64,000 nt of DNA from positions 1,160,827-1,224,826 of the forward strand of contig BDGG01000006.1 of the NCBI GenBank assembly GCA_001949185.1, read 5' to 3'. Each line of letters opens with the position of its first letter. The first letter of the stretch is position 1. A program made the translations under genes and the position numbers. The notes below the pieces were generated by a model. It searched no databases. It was not told where the DNA came from and worked only from the letters and a program-made list of their open reading frames with translations. The DNA comes from Ramazzottius varieornatus (Eukaryota; Animalia; Tardigrada). Below, piece after piece: positions 10,846 to 22,530 of this stretch.

Positions 10846-12630
10846 TCAATTCCCGAGACAAACAACATCGCCAGGAAACACTTTTGTGGGATCAGGAATG
10901 TGAGGATTCCTGCTAGTCAACTCTGCCAGAGTGAGGCCGTATTTCATCGCAATGTTCCAAAATATGTCACCGGCTTGAACAGTGTACTGTTGTGAACACT
11001 CAGCATTTGTGGTCGGTGGAGATGGAGCTGTGTCCACCACCCCGCATACCACCGATTTATCATGAACTTTAACGGCGTTCCGTTTCGTTACAATGCCCTG
11101 CTTCAGCCAGCACGTTCCTCCGTCCTCTTTCGACCATGTGAAATGCGTGCAACCTTCGTATTCTGCACACTTTCCTCCGCACAACTCACCGGGGATTTTA
11201 GCGTAGGCCAAGTCATTCCCGGGGAAGTCACATCCGAATGCCCAGTTGTCGGTCCACTCTATTCCTAAAGAAGATCGTTCAAGTTAGTACACCGGTGAAG
11301 TGGTTGATATTGATAGTAACTTCACCGGTGAGCACCTGAATTGCTTCCCGACGTCGACGGTTCCGTCGCCGTGGGCACATGGCAATCATAAAGCCGATTA
11401 ATCTTTTCCACATCCAGTGCGCTCACAACTTCCCGGTTTCCCAACTTGGTCTTTGGATTCTTCGGAACAATAGTCGGTTTTGTGTGATCGACGGCGAATG
11501 CATTCCAAGCGTAGTGCTGCATCAAAACGATAAAACAAAGTATTGTCAGACTTTGCCGCCATAGATATCTTTCTCGTACCGTACATACTGTACCATGATT
11601 GATGCATAGTCGTAGGGCATGTTCAAATTATCCGTCCTTTCAGCCCTAAAGTTGTGGTTTTTTCTGCCTAAAAGTATGATGTAAGGGTCCTACTAAGGTG
11701 AGAACACAAGAAAGGCCGGCAAAAGAAATGTACAAGATTTTTTTCTTCCAAGCGGCACATGCTCGTGAAAATATGCGCCACTTGGGGTAACGATTTCGTT
11801 TACCGAGCCCCTATATCGTTTTGCAGACATGAATGCATTATTACCGTTGATGACGTTTTTCCAAATGATGGTGACGTACTCGTCGCGATCGGTCCGGCTT
11901 TGTTCATGATAGAAGCCCAAAGCGTGCAAAACTTCGTGCTGGACAGTCCCGAAAGTGTCACATCCGACGCCGAGGTTGATCAACTGGCCGCCACCTATCC
12001 GACTTCGGGCGATGGTCGAATAGCACCTGGAAGGCGACGAGAAGTTATGGTAATCAAGTCAGTTGACATAAGGGCTCCACCAATGTTGGATGGTATAATT
12101 ACCCTGTGGGAGCTTCTCTCGCAAAATATATAAAATGAGTCTCGTCGGTTCGCGAAACAAAACGAACACACGTTCTAGTCATCAGATCTTTCAGAGCTCT
12201 CTCAATCAGAGATTTTCTCTCCCCGGATGCTGAAATTACAAGAAGGTAGATATTCCCAGAAGCACCGACTATAGCGAGATGATATCGTACCGAACGCTTT
12301 GCCAAGTTTATAGGGAACCACGGCATTTTTCCACCGTAAGGTTCGGTCGGAAACGGCGTTGTTCAACTGCACAGCCTGTAGACAGAAAATCCGATTTTGT
12401 CGCTCAAGTCACGGGCCGAAGCGTAACAATGCTCTTCGATTACTGGTTGTCATAGACCGACTAACCGTCGATCCAAAATCTGTATCCTCTTCCACACCAT
12501 CAATCCAAATGTCGCCCTCGTACAGAAAAGCGCTCGTCAAAGTCGATGTGGTCATGAGAACGAAGAACAACAAAACAGTTCGGCCGCTGCGTCGCCATTC
12601 CGAATTCGAGCCCTTATTACATTCGCCCAT
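10846..12630 (-). CDS. Secreted astacin metalloprotease with PAN/Apple-like domain and C-terminal LysM domain; copy 3
   Basis: Exons approx 12630-12466, 12376-12292, 12229-12103, 12026-11845, 11667-11595, 11517-11336, 11263-10846. YEGDIW; HEVLHALGFYHEQSRTDRD; YDYASIM|HY; PAN WAFGCDFPGNDL..GCTHFTW..GGTCWLK; LysM CSQQYTVQAGDIFWNIAMKYGLTLAELTSRNPHIPDPTKVFPGDVVCL. Confidence 0.93.
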
Positions 12631-12990
12631 CCTTTCCACCTTATGGATAACACTGAGCTAGCCCATACAGTAAATCTTGTATAATCAAGAACTAAATCGC
12701 TTCAAACAGATAGTCCCATGCTTCAGCAAAACTGATTTTTGGACAACGCGAGAAAGTCACGCTTTTGTTGTCACGAACTTGAGGCACAAATTACTGACAG
12801 AAAGGCACAATTGACGCATTTAGTAAGGGATTATCAGCCTTGATTATCGGCAATACCGCATCGCAAAAACGCCTGCAAGTGACGTATGGTCGGTTCTTTT
12901 TATGTATCTTGGGTACCTACAGACATTTTCCAGTAAAACTTCCACTAAAACACGTCAAAAGGACGAAACAGAAACATTCTCAACGAGTAA

Positions 12991-14759
12991 TTACTCGGAA
13001 GCCTCAAGTTGCTTCAGATAGCTGGGCACAGTGTGCCGATGAGGCTTATGCACAGCAGAAGGATCGCGCTTCGAATCATCAAACACCACAAAATCAGCGG
13101 ATAAGCTTTCGAGTAACAATGATTCTCGTTCTTTAAAATACATTCTAAACCAGTCTACATGATCCTCTTTTTCCGCCACACTAAGATAAGGATTTTTGGA
13201 CAAGGCGTACATAACGATGTCCATGAAATTTTTTATCGGACCTTTCTTCGGGAAATCCGCAATCAAACGGTCGAGGAAAATGTGTTCTGAGAAATGCACA
13301 TCATCTTCCCGATGAAAACCTGGAACACGAACTTTAAAAAATAAATGGGAATCGTCTCCCGAACTTTTCTACGACCTACCTTGTTCGTTGTTGATGGGAA
13401 AATTCCATATTTTCCCTTGCTTCGTCCACAAAATCATTTCTTCGAAAGCGTTCTTGGGCGCTTGTTGGTCCACTTTCTGCAGTTCTCGCTGCTGTAACAT
13501 GTCCCACGTCTTCAGTCGTACTTGAGGCTCCCGCGACATTATCTGGGGGTTCTTGGAGAATACACCGAGAGGTTCCGAGCCGAAGAGGTCGATCCGCTCG
13601 TACCTATAACGAACAAAACCGTCAGCTATTTCTTCTTCTAAGAACATGGACAAACAATGTGTGAGAGGTACTCACGAGCTATCTGGTTGTCTTCTTCGGA
13701 ACGGCGCCGGATCTCCATTCTGATTTCGAGCTTCCTTGAGGAACGGTTCCATCATGGCACTGACCGGCTGTCGTGCGGCGTCAAACATCTGATCCATACG
13801 GGCATTGTCGAACGTCGTCGCACCAGGTTCAACTTTGGTTTTCGACCGATCGATCTTCATACCCGCGATCAGGTGGCTACACAAAATAACTTCAGTAAAA
13901 TGTAGATGAAACTGAGCAAATGTTGAAGATACCAGTACCTTAAGTCTCCGGCGTTCTTTCTGTTCTCGTCGGTGACATCCGCATGCCTCAAGAGTATTCC
14001 GACAAGTTCTGACTTGGTCTTACTGGGGTCGATCACAGGAGAAAACGCCTTGGCGATGTCGTCCACAGCGCTCGCCATTTCCGGTCCAATCCTGGAAAAC
14101 AATAGGAAAGCTGAAACTGGATGATACGTCACGTCAATCAAGAGCCAAACCAGCAGTCAAATCAACTTATACTAGGTGCAATTCAGCAACAAATAAGAAC
14201 CGCGTGACTTCTGAGAAGATATTTGCATTACGTGGTCACGCGGTCCATGGTTCATTTTGGTTTCGAGTAAACTTGATTGATTACGAAATATCTGCCACAA
14301 GGCTACCATACATTCAACGCAAACTTCGAGCTCATCTTCCTACCTTGCTCTCTCTGGTTCAACTTCCTTCGGTTGGACATCTTCTCGTCCTCTTGCAGGA
14401 GAGTAAGTTTCATGACGGTCAGCTTTCACGTCGGGATGGAGTGGAGGACGATGAAACGTCTCCGGAGCGGAGGGCTTCGATGCTGTTGGCTGGTAAGTGC
14501 TGCCTTTGCCTTCCACGCGCATTCTGGCCAAGACGGTGGTTAACTTCGCCCGTGCTGGTACTTCTTTGGGTGGTTCGGTTGATGACGACTTCTTCAGTTC
14601 TTTCTCCACATATTCGGACGGAGGAGGGTCGATTCCAGATGTGTTGGAGTAGAAGGCACATGGGAGCTTGAGGTAAGATGTAGCTTCCGGTAGGTGATCA
14701 GGCTGTTGCTGTCTGATGCGCCACACGCGCTGGAAAAGCGCGGATCTCTTCTGCCACAT
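12991..14759 (-). CDS. MRPS31: Mitochondrial small-subunit ribosomal protein S31
   Basis: Spliced ORF with Arg-rich mitochondrial-targeting-like N-terminus (MWQKRSALFQRVWRIR). Family motifs NAFEEMILWTKQGKIWNFPINNEQG and HFSEHIFLD..FPKKGPIKNFMDIVMYALSKNPYLSVAEKEDHVDWFRMYF. Confidence 0.9.
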
Positions 14760-14849
14760 CGTAGGATTGGATATTCATGAGCAGCAAACAGTTGGGCGCT
14801 GTAGGGAAAAGCAAAGAAAAATGCTAAACGCAAGTCTGAGTTGAAACCA

Positions 14850-15062
14850 ACCGGAAGTCGGAATTTGAGCTGTCAACAGCGATGGACGGGTGATTTGATT
14901 CACTTGCTGTCAATCAAGAGCTAGTCACTTGGCTGAAACACCCGTTTCGCTTTAGCGTAGATTGGTCGCTTGATTATTGATTGATCACCATGCAATTGTT
15001 GGCCCCGCCCGTTGATCTGGATTGGTCGACCTGCTGGTCAGCGAGACTGGCCCCGCCCATTT
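14850..15062. promoter_or_regulatory. Putative MRPS31 upstream promoter elements (ETS-like CCGGAAGT, duplicated CCAAT and GC boxes)
   Basis: CCGGAAGT at 14851; GATTGGTCG twice and TGGCCCCGCCC twice in 14960-15058, directly upstream of the gene. Confidence 0.4.
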
Positions 15063-16637
15063 CGATGGGGACTGCGTTTTCACACTATCATAGTGCGCTT
15101 AGAAACACCGTTTGGGTTCATCCCGAAAACCTCTGTTTTCTTCCCAAAACGAAGAAGGGTTTTTGTTCGGAAGACTTGTTAACACCTAGGTACCGAATGC
15201 GATTCAGTTTGCAAATTTTGGAGGAGCTGCGTTCGAGCATCTTTATGATTCAGTGGTGAAGACGATCCAAACTACCACGAATTTAAACAAGGCACGATGT
15301 GTATGTAAAGACGAACAGCAACAGGATTTTTCATGGCAGTTGAGCGTGGCATACTCGGCAATGCTCAAACATTCGTCCCTGGTCTCGTCCCTGCCCTTTT
15401 CCTCCTTCATTACTGCACGTAATGAAACTTTGATCAGTTCTGAGAGAATAACAAGATGTTATTCCTGGTTACACACTCTCAAGCTGGTAAAATGTATAAC
15501 ATCAAAAACTCCCCCTTGAGGGAGATCCGGGTCCTAATCGGGCTGCGAAAAGCCAAAGAAAGCAAAAGTGGGAACTCGGTTAACAAATTCGACCAGATAC
15601 ACTGTACGACAAAATTAACCGTTAAAAATGAGCGTGACACTACAGCTGGAGTTTAGTTACGGTTCACCAATGAGAATTATCGGTCGCTTTATGTGCGAAT
15701 TTCATTGGCTATATCCATTTGGCTCCATCCAACACCCATTTTCAACGGTTAATTTTGTCGTTCTCTGTACATTGTAACTTTCTTAACACTTTCGGCACGA
15801 TCGTTTTCATGTTTGCGGAATACTACCGTCCTCTTTGTGTATATAGGGATTTTATCGGCTGGTACCGTGTTGCGGAGGCTGGTCCAGCCAATAGGCAATT
15901 TTCGAAATTTCAAAATTCGGATACTTGGCAGGCCATGAACGCCAAATCTCAAAAGGGAGAACTGGTCGTCTTGATTTTCTTCTGACCGCACTGATGACTA
16001 CAAAATTTATCTCAGGCTCGGCTTCGATAGATAAGACTGTCCCCAGTGCTCCAGTTTTTTTCTAGGCGAATACCGTGCGCGTGTCTCGCGCGAAGAGACG
16101 AAACACCAAATTCACCAAAACCACCCGAAACCGCAGAAAAAATTTCCAGCGTGCAGGGGTTTTGCTGACCGCTGGTCATTAGTGTTGCTTTGGTGAGACG
16201 ATCGAGGCACATGCAAAAAAAAGACCCAGACCCGAAAGACCAAAAGCCAAAACTGGGAGGTGAATAAAACTGAATGATTGTTTACACAAAGTGGACGGTC
16301 GTACGCAGTGTTACGTTACGTGGTGTAGGTGCGTTTCTAGTGAGATTAGCTGGAAAGCGTGCGCCACTTAGAAAAACGCTTTTGTCGAGTTGGTTTGCCG
16401 AGCTCCCAAACGGACTTGAAGGTCTTCTGTAGGACAAAAATTTCGAGCTTGTAAGGACGAACGCTCGCAGATGTCGGTGCATTTTGCGGAAGAACAACTT
16501 CTTCTGGCAGGACAGTGCGTGTGGTTCTTCCGTCGGTTTTTCATCATTTTTCTGTAACCTTTATATATTCTGTTGCAACTACTGGTCCTTTCTAAGTGAG
16601 GTTACAAGGAACAAGCGCTGTGTAGGGGACGAAGTAC

Positions 16638-16954
16638 TATAGAAGGCTCGCTGTACTGTATACGAAGTACTATATAAGCCGCTTTAGCCGTTCTTAGCCG
16701 TGGCTAAAAATATTTTAGCCGCAGCTATAGCAACTAGAATACTTTTAGCCACGGCTAAAATGTATTGTGCGTTCGGTTAATTTATTGATGTTGAGTCGGC
16801 TAAAATAGTTTTGTCATTGATAAATCATTCGATCGCATAATACATTCTAGCCGTGGCCAAAGGTATTTTAGCTACTTTAGCCGCGGCTACAATATTTTAG
16901 CCACGGCTAAGAACGGCTAAAACGGCTTACTTTAGCTTCGCCGAGCCTTCTATA
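16638..16954. mobile_element. Palindromic MITE with TA flanks and internal TTAGCCGNGGCTAA mini-palindromes
   Basis: TATAGAAGGCTCG ... CGAGCCTTCTATA termini; arms AAGCCGCTTTAGCCGTTCTTAGCCGTGGCTAAAA / TTTTAGCCACGGCTAAGAACGGCTAAAACGGCTT. Confidence 0.8.
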
Positions 16955-17699
16955 CTGCAATCAAAAGTCAAATGTTGATATGGATATCTGCGTACGACAA
17001 TGCGTCCAAAGGGTGTTGGACCAAATTGTTCAGGAAACGAGTTTTTGCGTTTTGCCACCCGAACAAGTTTTCGAAGTGCGTATGTACCTTCACCAAACAG
17101 ACATCCCTGAACCTGAAATCGTTGGCAAAAAGCTTATCCGCCCAGTGGTGAAGAAGCCATGTAGATATTCCTGAAAGCTTCGAAAGTGGCAGCCATGGGG
17201 CTGATCCGCACATACACACTCTGTAGCTACTGCACGTTTGTATTTAACCAATCAATCAAGCGAAGGGTGTCGGAAACAAGCTGCTGTAAAGACGGCTGCA
17301 GGTGCGTGTCTCCAGACATCGCACGCTGATAACGCCAAGACGGCCTGGTCTAAACCCCTACATTTTCAATTCGAACCCTCAAATTTTCGGACATTGGTGC
17401 AACGTTCATTTTGGTGCAATTCATGGTACAGTTTAATGATCAGAAAAACCTGATGTCACAAAAGACCGATTCGGAGGAAAAACACTTTGGACGCATTCTC
17501 ATATGCAGATACTCATATTTTGCAAGTCATATTCAGTTTAAAGGCGTATACGAAATCTGGACATATAATAACCGCTTTATTGTTCAATGAGCTCACAAAG
17601 TCGAGCGAATAAAGAACAATATTTGAAAAAGAGTGGCTAGGGCGCCATAGAAAAAGATCATAATAGGCAAAAGGCACCTAGAAAAGATAAAAGATGTCC

Positions 17700-20600
17700 A
17701 AATTTACGCAACCAACAAGCGGTGGTCAAGATGGTCCTTAGACCATTTCCGAGCTGAAAAGTTAAGAGACTTTAGATATTTCTTAAATGAGCCAATAGTA
17801 AGCAGATCTGTGGCCGAAGGACTGAACAACGGGTCTATCAACAAGTTTATCGCGATGTAGGCGAAGGACGACAGCGTGGTGTCGAGAACGGTGCAAAAAG
17901 CTGGGGCGATGCTGACTGGCGCGAGGACAAACTCCTTGGACTGCGTTCTTGATCTCCCTGGAAGCTCCTTCTTCATGATGTGGCTTCCCCTTGCAAAGAC
18001 ACCTGCCCTGATTTTATAAGCATTAATTAATATACCTTAGAGTCGTCTTTGCCAGAGAGGAAGCCACTGAACTTCCGCCAGATGCTGCCGATACTGTATA
18101 AAGTCGGTGTCGTGACTGTCTGTTGTTTCCATCTTGCTGAATCTGATGCTGCGGAGAAACTTCTGAATATTTTCCAGCTGGCGTTGGAGACATTTCGCCG
18201 AAACAGACCATGCCGACGAGGCATAATCCATGACTGACCGCACGATACTCTTGAACAGGAGTTGCTTGACCGAGCCGAAGCACCGAGGGAAGTATACATT
18301 GATAGCATACAACCTCTTCCTGCATTTTGCTGTCACCTTATCGACCTGGGCGGTCCAGTCAAGTCGGCTAGAGTATGTAACGCCGAGACATTCCCCCTCA
18401 TTCTCTGTAGGTTTTGGATCACTCGCAAACTTGTACGACCCACCTGGAATCTCCGTTTTCTCTTTCCTGTTCGAGATCCGGAGGTGCTGGGACTTTCTGG
18501 AATTCATGTCTAGCCCAGCATTTCGACACCACACCGCAAGGTTTTCCAGGTCTTCTTGTAGGGCACGACAGTCATCTTCGCTGCTTACTGTTCGATGGAG
18601 GACGACGTCATCGGCATACTGGAGAACTGTCGACTTGACGCAGGTGGAAAGACTGTTGACTGCAACAGTGAAGAATGTCGGACCGAAGACTGATCCCTGT
18701 GGAACTCCAGACTTCACAGGCTGATCATCGGAGAAGTATCCGTCGACCATCACTAGCTGGCTTCTGCCTCGAAGGTAGTCCGAAGAACAGGGCCAGTAGC
18801 GGACCAGTAACTCCATGCTTGGAAAGACTGCTAACAATGACGTCATGCGGAATTCGGTCGAAAGCTTTCGTACAGTCCAACAGGACGACGTCAGCCTCGT
18901 TCCTCTGCAGCAAGACTTGGGGGAAGTGGTGAGACATCCGGGCTAGCTGCATCTCTGTCGACCTTCGCTTCCTGAAACCATACTGAGAGTCAGAGAACAA
19001 CTTATTCTGGTACAGGTAGTTGCTCAGATGATCGGCAAGGTTCTTCTCGAAGAGTTTGGACAAGGGTGGGAGGAGCGAGATGGGACGAAAGGCGGAGCCT
19101 CCTTTCTTCGGTATCGGAACGACGTCAGCCTTTTTCCACACCGTAGGGAACTGTCCAGTTTGGATGATGAGGTTGAACAGTCTTGGCAGGGGGTAAACGA
19201 TGGCAGTACCTGCAACTTTGAGGAGACGGTTGGTGATGAGAGATGACCCAGCTGCTTTGTTGACGTCCAACTTCCTGATGATGGCTAGGATGGCAGTAGT
19301 CGTTATCAGCAGGTCTGGACATCGGGGCGAAATTGCAGGCTCCATGAGACAGACATGCAGAGGTGGCAGATGGGCCTTGCAGTGGACGGGGCAGTCGACA
19401 TACTCATCGGCCAAGGTCTTGCTGATAAATTCGGCCTTATCTTGCGGATAGACCAGATATCGATCATCGCTGCCTGGAACAGGAATCGGTGGGATCGGAC
19501 TGTAGACGGTGTTCTTCTAAACATACTCCCAGACTGCGGTTGAATGTCTTCTGAAGGATTTGGCAATGTTTCTGAGTCGACGATGCTTGTCCCGGAGGAT
19601 CAACCTCTTCTTCCGCGCTTCCAATGCTTTCCACGCTGTCTGATCAGCTGGGTCCTCTGTCTTTCGCCATTTTTGATATGCGCTTCTGCACTTTCGTAGG
19701 TACTCAACTACCGTGGCCGAAAGGGAGGGACGAAGAAGGCGTCCGGAACCAACCGTCTTGAGCTGGAAGCAGCTCGACGCAGCTGAGAGAAACTTCTCCT
19801 GAAAGACAGAAACCGCGACGTCAGAGTTACACTGTACATCAAACATGCCGTTCCAATCAACCGAAGCCAGCATTCTACGGAACTCAGTAGATGTGACGTC
19901 ATCCACTTTCCACTGTTTTCTGCTCTTTACGACGAATTTCGGAGTCATCAACATCAGAAAGAACTGTAGCCCATGGTGATCGTTAGTTGCTGCCGGTGGC
20001 TTGATGGTCCTCACGTTGCGTATGAGACCGAGCTGCGAAACGAAGACAAGTTCCAGCGATGAACAGCTTTTCCCTCGTTCTCTGGTAATCTGCCTAACTT
20101 TCTGCCATAGACGAAATTCACTCTGTAGCGACAACAGGTCTCGTTCTCTTTCCGAGGATCCACTAGCTTTGTCTGACCAGGAGATGTTGGGGCAGTTGAA
20201 ATCGCCCAGCATAAGGATGTTCCGTCTCAGATGTGAACGACTCCGTTCCATCGAGGTGCGAAGCTTACTGAAGACTTCGCTGTCGTAGCCTGGCGCGTAG
20301 ACGACTCCAATGAGCAAGTTCATGCGCAGAGCAATCACTTTAACCCAAAGAGCCTCTAGCCCAACCACTTCGTACTCTACCATCCTCCTAATTTAGAACT
20401 CTTTCCTGATTACAAGAGCTACTGCACCTTCTGTACTTTTCTGGCAGCCATCTCGATCCAGACGCTCGAGCTTGTAGAAGGCAGGGTCGCAGAAACTGCA
20501 GTCAGCTGTAGATGGTTCTGCCATAGTTTCGACCAGCGCAACGACGTCCGCCTTCCCATCTTCCATCCATCTCTTCACTTCATCGCTCTTGCTTCTAATG

Positions 20601-20700
20601 CCATTAACATTCGCGTAACGGTTTACAAGTTTCTTTCCTACTTCTCCCGTAAACTGTGGTACAGGCATCTCGACAGACCTGAAAGAGAATATCGCCGAAG
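17700..20700 (-). mobile_element. Non-LTR retrotransposon (LINE, APE endonuclease + reverse transcriptase, CR1/L2-like), disabled by a stop and frameshifts
   Basis: APE motifs YANVNGIRSK, LVET, MLGDFNCP, NDH. RT motifs WKKADVVPIPK, FRPISLL, QYGFR, LDCTKAFDRIPH, GVPQGSVFGP, QYADD, CLGV. ORF broken at ~20393, ~19520, ~18780 and ~18150; ends approximate. Confidence 0.93.
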
Positions 20701-22530
20701 GCAGGATAACTACGATGATATTGAAATATATGGTGGCGTCACTGTCAGGATTCAGCGAAACGGAAAGCCACAAAAACTTCTTATCGTATAGGATACCTTG
20801 GTCCTGACAGGATTCCAAAAATTTGAGAACAACGCGAAAAATACCGCACAGAAAGGGGCATTGGGATGAAAGTTGAAAGAGAAGAGTTTCGTCCGCTGTT
20901 TCTGGCCGGGTCATATGCCGAACCGTGTCCGATGCTCTCTGTGGAATGCAGTTTCCACTTCTGTTGAACTGTGGTCTGATTGCCAAGTCGGTCACGGAGA
21001 TTTCATATGCTAGCGTCTGTTCTGTATGGGATATAAGTCATTTTATTAATAATTTGGTTCTCGCTCTTCTTGCAGTGGCGACCTCTTCCATTCGGTTACA
21101 TAGACTTTCTAACCGCTGGTTATATCAAAAGAACCAAAGGCCTGTGAGATACAAAGAAACGGAGGGGAAAACTGTTTCTGCACTGTCCGCCGGGTTTCTC
21201 TTTCTAGAAATAGTTGTCCGTAGTTTCGGCGACATGACAAAACAGAAACTCTAATGTTTCATCACAATCGCGCAAATTCCCGAAGACTCTCCTGTTGGAT
21301 TCATTTGCATGGATAACAGAACGCTTCGATCGCCGAGTCGTTGGAGCATACCGCAATTGCTATGTAATGAGTATGGCAGGTCAACGCTGCACACCGATCA
21401 TGTCCCGCTGCTACTTCAGCACATTTGTCTCGGTCCGCTGCTGCCCGTTTCCTCCTCATTACCCTGCGCAATGAATATCACGTTCAGTTCTGAGCAGAAC
21501 GCGCCCTACGCTGTTCAGCGACCTCAAACTGGCAAAACGTAAAAATGCAAAACCTTCCTTTTGTAGGAAACCCTGGTCCTCGCCGGACTCTTATATAAAT
21601 CAAGGAAAAAACGTTGGCTGCCGGAAGAGAACATTTCGTAGGATACTGCCATATGAATGACTGACCATCAGACTGCGTTTCGTAACGCCTGAGCGCTTTC
21701 ATCGCACGTCCTCCTCGTGCAGCATGTTCTTTACTGTGATCCGTCGTTGTGTATGCATGCTTGGGCGAAGTGCGCTCGTCAAACGGCGCGCCGGGTTTCG
21801 ATCGGCGATGGTCCTTCTTCCCATCAACGTTTCGATGGTTACCGGAAAACGATCACGTGGTCTGCGGTGAAGCTTTGGGAAGTGTACAGATCGAGATGAA
21901 CATGTCCTGAGAAAACGAACCTGGGTAAAACATCCTCGATTTTTATTCCCGGTTCGTCTTCTAAAATTGCAAAAACTTGAACACAATTAGCGGAAAATCA
22001 CTGAACACTTCAAAAAATATTTCATACTATTTTTCTGGGACAATTGAGTCTGGCTGGTAAGCTTTTTCCCAATGACAGGTTATCGTGACAACGCAAGATT
22101 GGGATGTAATACAGAAGGATGGGAGTTGTCAAGTATGGCGGGTGTCATCCTGTCCGGTTTTGCGTTCACGGTGCGTTATGTTACGATTCGGGGTTCTCGG
22201 CGGAATGCTGTTTTCCTCAGACTAGCTAAATGTAATACGCCTAAAAACTTCCCATGTCGGGAACCGCGGTCCTCACAGGGCCATAAAAAATCAAGGAAAT
22301 GAACCAGCCTGATGAGCGAAGACTCTTCGTTCGCAAGATCAGAGAACTTTCCTTCGTTCAATAAATTTACAACGAAGTGAGCACGTTTGTCACTGATCAT
22401 GGATGATTAAACGGAATCCAGTTTGTACCTTTCCGCAAACTTCCAACGGGCCAAAAGAAATTATAGAACAAGAAGACAAAGTCGTAACAAGCTGGAAAAA
22501 CGAAATAAACATTGGACATCAAGTAAATTG

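Noticed and set aside
16968-17453. Short protein-like ORFs next to the LINE 3' end
   Set aside because: No recognisable motif; could be a gene remnant but is unsupported without a search.
18230-20288. Plus-strand ORFs over the LINE
   Set aside because: Antisense shadows of ORF2.
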